From assembly GCF_001447785.1 (NCBI RefSeq), contig NW_015168044.1, positions 2,775,343 to 2,838,665 of the forward strand: DNA of 63,323 nucleotides. Direction: 5' to 3'. The DNA comes from Gekko japonicus (Eukaryota). How positions within the stretch are numbered: the first letter of the stretch is position 1; every line of letters starts with the position of its first letter. This document shows positions 11,961-27,000 of the stretch, one piece after another. The notes beneath the pieces were generated by a model, which did no database searches, was not told the origin of the DNA, and was given only the letters and a program-made list of their open reading frames with translations. Position numbers and translations under genes: made by a program.

Positions 11961-13619
11961 TCTATGTAATAGCACCCAAAGCAGCTACTAGTTTGGAACG
12001 GGAGTATGGGGAGGGGTGTGTGTGTTTATCCTTTCTTGAGTGGGATCTGGTACCCGCGTGGCCCATTTAGTCTGGCCCAGAAAACGACACCCGTCTTGTG
12101 GAGCAGTACTAAGGGCTAAGACTCCAGTAGAAGCTTTCGTGGGCTCAAGCCCCACTGCACGCGAGGCAGGAATATTTATGCTTCATACCCAGGTGATCCT
12201 TCTTGCCGCTGATGAAATGAAGTAGTGAGTCCCGGAAGCTTCTGCCACACTGAGTCTGTTGGCCTTTAAAACACCCGGCAATTTCAGTGCAACAAGAGAG
12301 CAAAAGGGTTACCGTCTGCAGAGTGGTCCAGAGGTTGCTGCACCTTTCATTCAAGGAAAGGCTTTTTTAGGTTAGACAAAGATGACTACAAGGGAGGTGG
12401 AAAGAGATGAGAGAGTTTTGTAAATCAACATACGGAGCGGGAGAACAGCATTATTTACATACTACTAGAATTTGGGGGTCACCAAGTGAAATTGATGAGC
12501 AGTAGATTCAGGACAGGCAAAAGGAGTTAAGTTGTTGTATGGTGCATATTTTAGCTTATGAAACTCACTGCCACAAGATGCGCTGGGACAGTAGCAGGAA
12601 TAGCTTTCAAAAGGAATTTGAGAAATTAAATCTATCCAGTCTCCAGGTTCTGAGGTAGTTTCCAGCTACCCACTAGTTGCTGTGCGGGGGGACCTAGTTG
12701 CTTTCATGTCTTCTTTGTTGGCTTTACTGGAAGAAACTAACTGGCCATTGTTCGAAACAAAAGACTAGGTATAACTTGTCTGATCCAGGGAACCTTTTAT
12801 AGACTTACAGGCTGTATTGCTTAACATGCGAGCTGCTGCTTTTGGGACTGTTGCTATCATCATTATTATCGTTAACAGTAATATGTCTGTTGTCATGATC
12901 GGTGGGTTTATACACAGGGGGAGGGCTGCTCTTAGGCAATTTCAGTGCATCTTTGTGTACTCTGAGCACAGATACATGTCTCCCAACTCCCAAGAGTCTG
13001 TGTCATTAGGAGCCAGGTCATATGTGTCAACCTTCTGGTCTTTTAATTTTCAAAGTGATATTTTGCCTTTGTTTTACTATCATATATCTTGTTGAATGAA
13101 ATCAGATAATGCTTCTGAGTGAGGTTTTAACCTCCCTCCCCCTCTGTTGGCCTCATGTGGTGGTCTGTTAGGCTGTATCCTTGGACAGCCACAAACCTTC
13201 CAGGCTCCATCTTCAGCCAGTGGAAATGCCTGCTGACCAGATTTTTTTAAGGCAATAAATTGGCAACTTAACCAGAACACAGAGTACCAAGGATGAATAG
13301 CAGGTTTTACTTTAATTTCAGTTGGGTCCCCAGTGGTCATACTTCAATTGCCAAGGAAGAAATATCTATATATCTAATTCTCAACAGTCCCCTCTGCATG
13401 CCGATACTTATTTCCGCAGATAGGGGGCACACTCTCCCCCAACAGGTTTTTCTACAGACTCTGGGGACTCCGTGGGGCTGAAGAAATATCCAGAAAGTTT
13501 TTAAAAATACCTTATGAAATGGCTGCTGCAGGAATCTACTCCAGGCCCTGCCGCATTGACAGTGAGAGATAGACTGACTGATGGCTTTGCTGGGGGGGGG
13601 AGCAAAAGGCAGGAGAAGG

Positions 13620-13902
13620 AGATGATGATGATGATGATCGGATTTATACCCGGCCTTTCACTACCCAAAGGAGTCTCAGAGCAGCTTACAATCCCTTTCC
13701 CTCCCCCTCCCCACAACAGACACCCTGTGAGGTAGGTGAGGCTGAGAGAGCGTTCCCAAGAACTGCCCTTGAGAGAGCAACTCTGGAAAATTTATGACTG
13801 ACCCAAGGTCACACCAGTAGCTGCATGTGGAGGAGTGGGGAATCAAACTGGGTTCTCCCCGATTAGAGTCCGCATTACTAACCACAACACCAAGCTGGCT
13901 CT
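13620..13902 (-). mobile_element. Squam3-like SINE with (GAT)n tail
   Basis: Reverse complement starts GAGAGCCAGCTTGGTGTTGTGGTTAGT; core shared with 8750-8956. Confidence 0.75.
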
Positions 13903-14884
13903 CCAACTGGAGTTCAGATTGGGAAGCATTCCTCCTGCAGTATGAATGGCTACATAGCAGAGGGTTTGGAGCCAGGCCTGGGACTAGGATTGCCCACCCC
14001 AGGTTGGGAAATTCCTGGAGGTTCTGTGGTGAAGTCTGAGGAGTGCTCACAGGCACTTCAATAGGTGCACTAATTATGTCCCATCTAATGTGACATGAAT
14101 TTATAACTTGTTCCAGAATTGGGATCAGACATATGTTTTTAAATTCAAAAATACTTTAAATTATTTTAGTCCATGTATCATATAACTCTTGACTTGTATA
14201 TTTAAACTTGATGAGATGGATATCCTAGGTGTAAATCATGTTTCGGAAGGAAAACCTTCATGTCATAATAATTTGTAGATGGAACTATACAAAAAATAAT
14301 CAAATATTCATTTATAAATAATATATAAATCCAACAATCTCTGACACTATGTAGAGTATTCAGATTCTCAAAACATGCACTAAGGCTGACTAACTTTTTG
14401 CAGACATGCAAACCTAGAAGAATGGAAATTGCCACATGGACAAACTTTGGTGGATCAAGCTGGCTTGTGCAATGTTTCTTCTTCTTAATATACCATTTGG
14501 AAAGGGCTGCTTTAACATCATTAGTATTAAATGCTTAAAGCACATCAAATTCATTGTTGGTAATCCTTTTAAGAATCCTGTAAGGTAAGGCAGTCTGTTT
14601 ATTCCCACAGAAAGGACATGGGAGAGATGGGGATATGTTTAAGGTCATCTAGTGAACTGACTCAGGTGAGATTTGAACTAGAATCTCCAGCTCATAGCTT
14701 GTACTGTTATTGTCTGTACTACCTCACTAGCTTGTGAAGGAAGAGGGGCATTCTAATATTTTGTGGTTAGGCAGGTGAAAAAAATCATAGATGCCTATAC
14801 AAATGGAACATCTGCTCTATGGCATAGCTTAAGCATGTTCTTTTGTCTTTGACCATTCGGTTATCCCTTGACAGATAAGCCGAG

Positions 14885-15043
14885 ATGTCAGAAGCAGGCA
14901 ATGATCCTGGGAACCCTGGCTGCAGCCGGCCTACACTCTCAGCTGCACGAGGGTTAATAGGGAGGAGGACTACTGCCCCCATTACCCCTGGCCGCCTGCC
15001 TTCCATCCGCTCCCGAGATCTTACCCTTGGTGGAGTGAAAAAG
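14885..15043 (+). CDS. POLR3D: POLR3D coding exon 1
   Basis: MSEAGNDPG...DLTLGGVKK; acceptor ACAG at 14871-14874, donor GTGAGT at 15044. Confidence 0.95.
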
Positions 15044-18000
15044 GTGAGTGTCTGGCTGTATTCAGATGCTATAGTAAACCTCAATTTATAAACCACAGTT
15101 TATATCTGAGTTCAGGCTTCCAAACTGTGGTTTGTTTGTGGGTGCTAAACTGGGATGTCAAACCACACTTTGTACCTTATTTATTAACTGTGGTTAGTGC
15201 TAACTATGGTTTCTCATTATGCCTAAGTTTTACAATCCCAGTTTGTTCAATATCACCTCCTCAGCCTCTTGTATACAGAATCTGATCCACAGAGCAGCAG
15301 AAAAGTCTAGCTGTTCCTGCTGTCAGTGTTATTGTTGTAGGATGCACCCATCCTTCCTTTGCCTTCTCTCCACTTGCCCCCTCCCTACTAAAGATGACTT
15401 ACCAAGGAGGACTGTACAACTCCAGCCTTTATATATTTATTTATTTAGTTTTGTTTATTTACAAAATTTGTATCCCACCTTTCTGCCCTTAACAAGGGCT
15501 GCCAAGGGGAAATTTAAAAGGTAGTAGCTCAAAATATCTCGTTTAATCACATATTTTCTTCAGTGTATTTCAGTGTACATGATAGACATTGTTTCACACA
15601 AAATACCGTTTCAATCAAATGCTGCTTCCAGCCCACCTGCTACCATATGTTCCTACTCTCTTCCGAAACCCTTTATATCCCCAGAGTTATGTGGCCCATG
15701 ATCACAAGTTTCTTCCCAGATTTTTATTTCATTTTGGAAGGAAAACAAGGTTAGGGAATGTGATGAGAAGAGAGAAGGTGACGATAAGAGTTGTTGAAAA
15801 GGTGTGAAATGGATTTAAAGAGTAGTAATGCACTGAAGTGGATAGGCAAAGGGCAGAGTTGGCTCAGTTGAGAATGGCCTGGAGATCTCTGAGAGGGCTT
15901 GGGCTGCCGAAGCCTTTCCTGTCTTTCCCCTTCCTATTATACTGTTGTTATCCTGTTTTGTTTGTTGGTGTTTGTATTTTTCGTATGTGCATGTGTGTGA
16001 GTGTGTGTGTGTGCACCTGGAAGTCATGGCAACCTCTGGTGACTGACCCCTACTGGGGGCCTGGAGGATATTCAGAGAGGTGGCTGAATAAAGCCTGCCC
16101 CCGCCTCCCGACTGCTAGTATTCCAAGGAGGTCTCCCATCCGAGTACTTGCCAGAGTTGACCCTGCTTAGCTTCTGAGATCTGACGAGATCGGGCTTGCC
16201 TGGGCTATCCAGGTCAGGGCATTTTTGTTTTGCATTGCTCTTAAACTTTGTCATCTGCCTTGAGTCTAAGAAAGAACAGCAGACAAAAAAATGCAGTAAA
16301 TTAAAAAATTATTGCAACCAACCAGTAACAAGTGGGATAGCCAATCCGGCATAATGGGTAGAATGTCAGACGGAGCTTCAAATCTCCACTGCCATGAAAC
16401 TCATTGGGTGAGTCTCTCTGTCTCTGTCAGGGATGTTATGGGGATAAAATGTGGGGAGCTTTGCATGGACACTGAGCTCCTGGGAGGAAGGGTGAGATAA
16501 AAACTGGTAGACAGATGGGTAGGAAGTGATGCTTTATCAGTGGCTTTGCCAGATCTTGGAATAGCATTCAAAGACACTTGGAGGTGGGAAGCCAGGTAAG
16601 CAGTAGATTGGATTTAGATTGTAAAGAAACTGGTCTGTTATGCATGTCCGGTATTTCTGGTAACTAACTAGAGTTTGCGCAAAAAACAGTTCTGGCACAA
16701 ACAAATCATGGCTTATCCTAACATATGGATAAAGCCCCTGTCTTTTCATGATAAAGGTTTCCCCCCCCCCTCTCATTAGGATGCAGCTATAAGAAGAGCT
16801 TAAATAGTTCTGTTGTCTGATCTGGAGGTTTTCATGTTGAGGAATGATCAGGATTGACAGTTGGAATGCTTGATTTCATGGCTCAGGTTTCCCTTGTGGC
16901 CTTGGGCGGGTTCTTGGTTGCTGATGTTTTGTTTCCTCATCTATAAAGTGGGAGTAATACTTTATCCACCTACTTCAGCAGTAAGTTTTAATTAGTCTCT
17001 AAATAATATGGAAGCTTCTGCTCATGGTTATCTCATCTTTCTGGTTGCTGGAAGCTGGGAAGAACCGACAGCTGATGTGTGGAGCGTCCTGTACCTTTTC
17101 ACACTTCCTTTGATTGCCAGACAATGTGAAAGCTTGATTTCTTGTGTTAGCCATCGGTATCATTCTGTCTCTAATTCCAGACTTGGTCGCAAGGTGCAGA
17201 TCAAGTAATCCACATAATAGGGCCGTATGTGAATAGGGGAGATGCTTCTGCAGGAAGGGAAGGAAAGCAGGGAGGAAGTGAGGTTGAGAAGGTTGTCAGG
17301 AAGAGGGAAGGAAGGATGGGAAGGGAAGAGGAATGCCATAGTGGGGGACAGAAAGGGGTAGGTATGCTGGTGGTTGAACGGGAAGGAAGTGGGGAAAGGG
17401 GAAAGGCTACAGCAGGGGTGTCGAAGTCATTTGTTACAAGGGCTGGATCTGACATAAATGGGACTTTGTGGGGCCAGGCCATGCGTGTCATAAAATGTAA
17501 TGCCAGGTAGCAGATATATAAACTTTGTAAAAGATACAAACACAATTAAAGATTTTTTTTAACTTAAAATACAAATATGCTTAAAACTCTTGAGATTATT
17601 TTGTTTTTTTAACAGTCTTTGATAACTGACACCTCCTAAACCTCCCCCCCCTTAAAATATGCGTGCATAAAATGGAAAGGTGGGGGAATATTGGGATTTG
17701 GCAAAGCAGTTTTAAAGATAAAACATCAAAAAATCACAAGGATCACAGCAGAAACTAAAATATAAACTAAAAATATAAAATGCTCTGAGCCTAGGAACAT
17801 AAAATGGCTGGGCATTGCAAGCTTCTCCCCTCCCCCCAGGTCTACTCAGAGTGGCAGTGGCTCTCCAGTGTAATGTCCCCCTTTGGCTGTGGCTTCCCAG
17901 GTTAGAGTACTCACTCAGGCACATGTTCTCAGATAGATCCATTCAGCAGAGACAAGCTGGCTTTAAAACATCAACCCTATATTTGTAAGGAGACAACTCC

Positions 18001-21000
18001 AACAAGCAGCAGCTTCAGCTATACAAACACTGGAGAGTGAAACTACCTGAGCTCCACTCCAATGAAATACATGGCAGTACAGCACTGACAAAGTTGCAAA
18101 GAAAATGCAGAATGGATTTCCCATTAAGGTCTCTGAGCCCAGATAGACTACTCTGGGACTGGAATGATAGACCCCAGAGTGGAATTCCATTCCCAGAATG
18201 CTGCTGCTATTCCCAGGGGCTGTCATTCCACTCTGCGCCCTGTCATTCCAGTCCCAGAACACAGATTTTATTNNNNNNNNNNNNNNNNNNNNNNNNNNAA
18301 GATGGAGGGAGCTGGCAACTTTGGAAGCCTCAAGCTTCAAAGGGTGAGGACAGGAGGGTGAAGAGGGGAGAAGAAAAGAGCTACGGGCCAGATTAAAGCC
18401 ATGGGCAGGCCGCTTCCGGTCCGCAGGGTCTGCCAGAGGAAACGAAGAAAAATGGAGCTAGTGTAGGGAGTAGGAGTGTGCACTAACCCCCCCTCCCCAG
18501 TAAAATTTGGATTTGAGGCTATTCAGGGCTAACATTTGGGATTTCCAAATATCCCCAAATACTAGGTTCAGCAATGCTGGCTGGTTTGGGAGATATTCAG
18601 GAATCCCAAATATATGGCTGCATGGTACCCTATGGACCATTAAAGTCAATGGCAAGATCTCACAGGGTATAATCTGGGGGCTGGGAAGGAGGGGGTTTGA
18701 GGGAGAGGCACCAAATTTGCTGTGTAGCTGCTGGAGCCTCTCCCCAAAAGAACCCCCAAGTTCCAAATACATTGGACCAGTGGATCCAATTCTATGGGCC
18801 CCCAAAGAGGTTGCCCCCATTCCCCATTAGTTCCAATGGTGGGAAAAGTGCTTTCAGTGGGCTTGGGGAGGGGGTTTGAGGGAGAGTCACCAAATTCACA
18901 GCGTGGCTGCTGGAGCCTCTCCCCATATGAACCTCCAAGTTTCAAAGACATTGGACCAGTGGACCCAATTCTATGGGCACCCAGAGAGGTTGCCCCCATT
19001 CCCTCCATTTTTTCCTATGGTGGTAAAAAACCTAACCCAGCAAACAGCAAGGCAGGCAGGCACCCAGCAGTCAGACTTTCCCAGGGAATCTCGTGGGAAG
19101 TGACCTGTTGGAAGGTTGCTTGTTTGCAAGGAGCCTTAACACTGCTATGTGCCCAGCAGAACAAGTGCCACTGTGGCAGCGCAAGTGCCACACCGAAATC
19201 CAACAGGACACACTTCAAACCAAGAATCTCTGTTTTACAAACTGAGCGGAGGCCTTTCTGCAAAGACAGCAGAACCCTGTGCCACTGCTAACCTGCCCCC
19301 CCCCAAGCAACAAGAAGGAACAATCTAAACAGGAAAACTTTCAAAAGCCCATCCTTCAGAACAACAGTGGATGTGCAACAACCAACACAAACCAGAACTT
19401 AAAAGAAGGCACACTATTGATTTTGAAAAGCAACCCAAAACCCACCAGCTCCCCCCTCAAGGAACCCAAAAGGAATAAAACTAGCCAACAGTAAAACTTT
19501 TTGAAACAGGAAAACAAACATTTAAACTTTTAAAACATTTAAAACACTTAAATTTTAACTTTAAGCAAAGTTGAACTGAGCAAAGTCAATCCCCCCCAAC
19601 ATCCACCCAACAGAACCCACCCACCCAGACCAATCAATCCACCCACTCAACACAGGATACATAAAAGAAGACTTAAAAACCATTTTAAATTTTCTTTTTT
19701 TAAAAAAAGTTATATTTTTCCGAACCCTCTTTAGTCCAGTCAGGCAGGAGTCCACCACGGTCCAGCAGGGAAGAGACAGGCAGGCCAGGCACAGGGCAGC
19801 TGAAGCCAAGCCAAGGCCAGCAGCTACACAGTGTCTCCAGCCAAGCAGCCAGCCAGCCAGCAGTGGAGTCTAGTAGCCACTAGGCAGGACTCCTACTTAA
19901 ATGCTCTCTGGCCATTCACAGAACACTTTCAAAAAAGAACACTGTCCTGTGATTGGACAAAGAGCTTTGCAAACTGCAATCCTATTGGCATAATTGCAAG
20001 TTCTCCCTTCCTCATCCCAAGCAAGGTAGGTGGTGCTGTGCTGGGGTGGACCAGCAGCAAGCAATGTCAGCCTTGCAAAGAGCTGCACCATGTATATGTA
20101 ATTTGTAGATACATGGCAGTGATTGGGTGTAAGCTGCCCTCTTCCCCCTACCCCTCCCTCCATAGCGCATGGCATCCAGAGAAGAGGCAGGAAAAGCCCT
20201 GAATTGGTGGGAAACCGGAAAGGCAGGAGGAGGTAAGGGAGTATTTTGAACTTTAACATACACACCCTTCTAACTGTTTCCCACCATTATTCAGGGCTGC
20301 TGTATTCAGCATGATGAATCAGATTAGAGAATCTGATTTGGCATTTGGGGAGCCCGAATACTGCCAAATAAGCAGTATTTGGGCTATTATTCGGCTTGGC
20401 TGAGCTGAATGCACATCCCTAGTAGGGAGGGGGGCTACACCTATGAGTCCTTGTGGGTCCCCCACATCTAATATAATACCTCTTGGGTATCTAATAAGTT
20501 TAATAATTGTTATAACTAATGGCTTAGCTTGGTGCTAAGGAAATTAACTTGGAAGGAACCCTGGTCTTATTTGGATGTGATTGTAAACATCAAAAAGTAA
20601 CTAATTGGCTTGTGGCCCACAAGGGGTTCTAGGTTGTTCACAAACCATGGTTTAGTGTTATGTCTGATGCTGGCCTTTTGGCATAACCCTTGTATTGTTG
20701 ATTCAGATAAAATGTACATGTATAGGTATTACTTAACACCTAAGCTGTTCAATCATATTTACAAAATCAGGTGCTGGAAGTGCAAATTTCTTAATATAGA
20801 TCATCATTGATACTGATGAGTGTGTTATAGGTTTGCTGATTTTAGGCTCTGATTTAGGGAACCCTGCAGCTCCTCAAGTACAACTGCCAGGGAATAATAG
20901 TGTGTTCTAGAGTGCTCATTTAGTTCATGTAGAGAAATTGTGAGGCCCAATGTACCTGCCCCATTAATGCCCTGCATTAATTGAGTACATACACTACATG

Positions 21001-24000
21001 GTGTTCTAGTATCCTCTACAAAATTTACTCTTGACAGGCAGAGGCTCTCCAGGGTATAATGTTGAAACCTTTCATATCCCGCTACTACCTGATTCTTTTA
21101 CCATAGAACCTAATCCTCTGGGACCTTTGTCATCCAGAGCAGATCCTCTACCACTGAGCTATGATCCCTTCTCCAAAAAGCCACCAAGTTTTTAAATGAG
21201 TTTAAAGCAGTCATGCAGGAGTTTCACCCCTCCCCAAACTACTAATAGCTTTCATACAAGATGTAACTGATTTTTTTTGCATACCAAGATGTTTCTGAGG
21301 TTCTTTCCATCTTGTAATTTTTTAAATTGTAGCTTCCCTCCTTCCCTTCTTTCAGTCTGAAGACAAATGAAATAGGTGAGTGCCAAATAATGGTAGCTGG
21401 AACGATTGCAGTGCTCTTTAGTCATTTCAGTGGTGATGAGTGTGAAGTACTTGGTGGCTTTTAAGTTGTACATATATTGCATCTGTAGATCTCTGAAATG
21501 TAGGCAGACTGGTTTCAGATGAAGCTTCCTCAGCCTTTGTCATTCCTGTTCAGAACATGTTTTTCCAATCCTGTACTGTGGAATGGTCAGGAATTAATCA
21601 GACATTTTGATCCTGTTGTGTAAGTTAGCTCACAAATGGCAAAGCTGCAAGGAATACAATTTGACCTGTAATAAAGAAAACGCAGGATACCAAACATGGC
21701 TGGAAGAATGTCAGGCACGATATCCAGAAAGCCAATATCTCCAATATTTTTCCTGTGCCAGTACTTATAAATATGTGACATGAGTTTAGTATAATATGAA
21801 TACAAAGATGTGAATACATATGTAATATCCTCATATGAATACATAAGACATGCCTCACTGCCTACATAGAAATGTATAAATGTAACAGGAAGCTGGTCAT
21901 CTTAAAGTTTATATAGTCATGTCCCACTTTTTTGGTCCATTGCACCATACAGGTGCCTATATATACTGCTTTATTAAGGGAACCCAAATTCTGTGACCGG
22001 TCCATATTTTGCAAATTAAACAAATGTGCTTCATTTGCAAAGTGTGTTTGATAAGAAAAATGGAAATACATGCAGTACTTACAGTCTTAGTGTTTTACTA
22101 CTTTAACAACATAGAATGTGTAAGAGATAGTATAACATTGTACTATTTGCCATAATTGTGAAATTTAAAATATAAATTCTTTATGGTACAGTCCTAACCA
22201 GCAGCACATCCTTCTAAGTTCATTGAAGTCTGTTGGCTGAGAAAAGTATAACTCTGTTCAAGACTGCACTGTTAGTTTTCTAGAAGCAAAATAGTGACAG
22301 TAATCAGTACTGCAAGAGAGAGCGAGCGAGCTGCAGATTGCTGCACTCCATGCTAACTTAGTGCACCTATCTTAGTTTTTGCCATCTGTAAAGCAGGAAC
22401 AAATAAGTTGAAAACAGGAAACACAAATTTTGTAGTACAGAAAAGGAAGTGTGTACACTGTCACAGAGTCACACAGGAGTAGCAGCATATTTATTATATC
22501 TCATTTAATATTACAAAGTTTAATTCTTCCATAGTGTATTATACACATTCCAGCTACTCTTTTGTGGACAGATTAGTCGCATTTTAACAATATGCATATA
22601 GAACATATTTTTCTAAGGTATGTCTACAGTACATATAAGAATTATCATTATTTAGTGCTACAGGTTGTTTTACATAAATATCTTCATAATATGCAATTTT
22701 GCATGAATAAAACCTTAAAGCATTTCACTTACTCCAAAAGAGATTTCATTTAAAAGGTTTTTTTAGTGCTCCTAAAGTTTCTAATTTTTCCATTGGAAAA
22801 AATTGGAAAAACAACTCAGGGAGGGGGGGAGCAGATTTTCTGGCTCCTCCCACCAGCTTTCACATCTCTGGTCCTCTGTCTGCTGGGAATTCTACTGAGT
22901 TGATCTCTGTATGTCTGGGGCATTATAATCCCACCCTTCCTTTGAGCACTATACGTACTTCTCCCTCCGTTGTTTTGTCATCACAACAGTCCTGTAAAGT
23001 AGGCTGGGCTGAGAGACAGTGACTGAACTGAGGTCCACCCACCAGCTACCTGGCAGTGCAATCCTAAATAGAGTTACATTCTTCTAAGTTCACTGACTTC
23101 AGTGGACTGAGAAGTGCATAACTTTGTTTAGGACTGCACTATATGTCTTGCAAGGCCCAGTACAACTCTTTAATTTCTGCAGAACGCTGTTTGCTTGGGA
23201 GATTTCACCAAGCATCTGCTAATCCTTTAACAACTATAATGGATAGGACTTTGCTTTTTCCTAAAGAGTAAGCAGGCTTTGATTCTTGGGAAGCTGGACT
23301 TATGACTTTTCTGTGTGTGAGTGGAATGTGAATACTTGTTGTAGTAGCAGTCTACCTTGCAAAGCAGTTTAGAGGATTGTGCACAATTGGTTCCATAGAA
23401 GTTCTACAGCAGTAAAGTAACTGTACTTGGTAGCCAAGGCTGTATTAAGACAAGGAAATGGAAATCACATGCAGTTGGTATTTATGTAAGTTTCTTCTTA
23501 AATTAGGCTCTGTTGCGTGCTGCTTTCCGAACATCACTTAAGTACTGACAAAATTTGGCTTTTCCTTCGGAGAGCAATGTGTTGGTAATGGCCACTAGAG
23601 AGATGAGGTGGAGGTGGTGATTGGAAGTCAGGGAGGGTCCGGCAGCCACACCAAGCACAGAAGAGCTGGAACTCTTGAACAGATGCTTCCTTCCCCTCTG
23701 AAATGAGGCCTGGAATTCTGTCTTTTCCCAAAATGGTTGAAAATCCCAGATATATTGGAGGCTAGTAGATACTATATTCCGTACATTTCACAGAAAAGGT
23801 ACAGCCTTATACATTCAGTTGAACTGATTACTCTTTCTTTCATTTTCTTTTTTTCTTTTCTTTTTCTACAGAAAACCTTTGCCCCTAATATAATTAGCAG
23901 GAAGATCAAAGAGGAGTAAGTAGCCTCTTTATTTTATTTCTGTGGAGTCTGACTGGGTGAATGAAGTACCTGATGCAGTTATCAGTCTGATGATGAGGCA

Positions 24001-27000
24001 AGACTTATATATTCTGGAATTATTCAGTGCTAGAACAACAGGACTTAGAAGCCATGTGCTCTGGTGGAATGGGGTCTACTAATACTCCAGGCCCATGTGG
24101 AAACGATTTTACCTCCCCTTTCTCATTGCTGTGCTCGCTTACTATGTGCAGGGTACTCTTTTAATTGAACAACAGTCAAATTTATCATCCTGCACCTGTG
24201 GCATGCAGGAAGGGGTGTGTGGCATGCAATTTCTGCCTGTATGAATTCACTGTTATTCATGAATTAGTGCACATCAAGCTGCGGAAGGAAAAGCATTGGG
24301 AAGTTTCTGAATGCGCAATGACACATCTTAAGTAGCAAGAATAATTTTGGACTTTGTTGTTGCTTGATTTGGTGTGCTTTTCCTTAGGCCAAAAGAGGAT
24401 GTTTCCATCAAGAAAGAGAAGAAGGAACGTGATAGAGACCGACAGAGAGATGGTCATGGACGAGGACGAGGGAGGCCAGAGGTCATCCAATCTCACTCTA
24501 TCTTTGAACAAGGACCAGCTGAAATGATGAAGAAGAGAGGTATGTGGAAGAGTTGTGTGGACAAGTCACTTTCTGACCTGGATTTTAAGAGAAATCCTGG
24601 CTTCAGTTATTTGCTCATCTGTTGACTCACTGGTACAGTATTGGCTAAGTTTGTTTAATTATTCATTTATTTGTAGTCAACTTTTCTATTGTAATAGGGT
24701 GTATAACAAACACAGTAATAAAATTGGAATGCAAAGTTAGAAAATGATGCAATAAAAACAGTATAAGGCATGACATAAGAAATGCAACACTGGAATACAG
24801 AAATAAGAAAACTATGCAGTAAAAACCAGAAATACTTACAATGACCAGTGCTATAAATTTCAAGCCCTTGCCCCATTGTAAAAACATCTTTCTTAACAAT
24901 TTCATTTTACTACAGCCCTGTTCCCTTGATTAAAAAATCCCTCCTGAACTCTTCTGGTTTACACATTCTGCAGAACCATAGAAGTGTGGGAGCCTTGCTG
25001 GTCTCCTTTGGCAGGTCATCCAACAGATCAGGAGCCACAGCAGAGAATGCTCAGGTTCAGGCAGCTGCTGATCTTACCCATTTGCAGGGTGGGGCCTTCA
25101 GCAGACTTCATTCAGTGACTGCAGCTGTCACAGTGTGACTTACCAGTGGAGGTGGTCCATTAGCAATGTCGGTCCTACACCGTGAAGGGATTGGAGGTGA
25201 TAGTCAATACCTTGAATTTAACCCAGGAAATAATTGGTAACCGCTGGAGTTATTGCCTCTTAGTTTACGTTTCTGATCTGTGAAATGGGACAACTAATGG
25301 CCTGCCTTCCAGAATTGTTACAAGATTATATGACTTGTTGCAAAGCATTCTCTGGTGCCTGCATGAATCAAACCTCTCCTTCTCCATGCAGCCAGTTATA
25401 GTGTGCACCTGCTTACCCTGCCTGCCAAGATACCTTCAACTTTGGCTCTATTCACTGCCACAGCTGGCTTTACGGTATTGTATTCACCCCCAAAGGCTGC
25501 TCAACAACAAGGAGGAGGAATGCTGCTGATCCTGGATCTGCCATGGCTGGCTTCCCTGAGTCTGCGGCAGCGACTCCCATAAATGAGATCACATATAGCT
25601 AATCAGATAACCACTTAGCAAACAGCATTATGTAATGTCAGGTAATGCTGTGATGTCTTGCACTTCAGGAAGTCAAACCACACGCCAATCAAACATTTAT
25701 TCAGCTATAAGTCATAACAATCGTGTTAAACAAAGCACAGATTCTGCTTTAGATCATATCTGGGCAGAGCCTGTTATTGTGTACAGTGCCGAGAGATTAT
25801 GGATGCTTTATAAATAAGAGTGAGAAGTATTTAATAAAATCTTGCATAGCCCAGAAAAATCCGCAGCATTATTACGTCAGTTCACTGAATCACCCTGACA
25901 GTTGACACCTTCATCAAAGTAGCCAATTGAACAAAATACTGCACAGCAAACATCAAATTATATTACAGTGCAAGACATCACCAAAGGACTGAGCATTTAG
26001 CCCTATTGACGAAATACGGGGCAAAAATATTTTGGGAAAGGTTATTGATTATTTCCTGAAATAGTGAAGCACTTTGCAGGGGGAAGCAAAAACTAAATTT
26101 ATCTTGTACTGGACATCTGATGACGTGAGCTCTGACTCATGGTAGCTGATGCTGGAATAAATTTTGTTAGGCATTAAAGTGCCACTGGACACCTGTTTTA
26201 TTTTGGGCACTCTACTGTCTCCTTGTTTAAACTCTCCCATGCTTGCTGTTTCTCTTCCTGCTTGCACAACTGTGGCTATAACCACAGATTAAGTACACTA
26301 GGTTCACTCTATTGTGAAGTTGGTAACACCAGGGGTTGTTTGGAGCCGAAGTGCGCCGGGGCACTGCTCCGGCAACCCAGGAGTGGGCACAAATGGCGGT
26401 GGTGGCAAGCCCCGCCCCCGCACTCCTGCCTTTCCCCCTGAGCCTCTCCACTTTTGCGGAGAGACTTGGGGGTGGGGGGTTAAATCCCTGGCTTCCCTAC
26501 CTCAGCTTCTCCAGGCGCCCCGCAGGGAAGCCAGGCTTTTGCAGAGAGACTGGGGGGGGGATTTAAACCTATTTGCATAACTCATTTTAAGCATGCCTGC
26601 CCTTTGTCAAGGGGTGTGGCATATGCAAATGAGTTATGCAAATGAGCCCCTGCACCTCTTTTTCTAGGAAATAACCCCTGGGTAACACCATTGTGCAAAC
26701 TGCTCTTGGTCGTGGAGTCTGAGGTTATGTTATAGAAGATGCATTCTGTTATTAGAGATGCATTCTTCTCAAAGGCTGTGCAATTCTCCATTTCCACCCA
26801 GGTACCTGGGATAAGACTGTGGACATGTCTGATTTTGGCCCATCCCACATCATCAACATAAAGAAGGAGAAGAGGGAGACAGATGAGGAGACAAAGCAGA
26901 TCCTGCGCATGTTGGAGAAGGATGATGTGAGTCTGAGACCGACAGTGTTTGAAACTCCTTCCTTAATGTGGAGCACAAAAAAAGGCAACACTCATTGCCT

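Noticed and set aside
16070-16220. 5S rRNA gene
   Set aside because: Diverged head fused to a non-5S body and CA tail; a SINE, not rDNA.
18458-19291. Overlapping 107-165 aa ORFs with repeated peptide blocks
   Set aside because: Products of the internal repeat of a non-autonomous hAT element.
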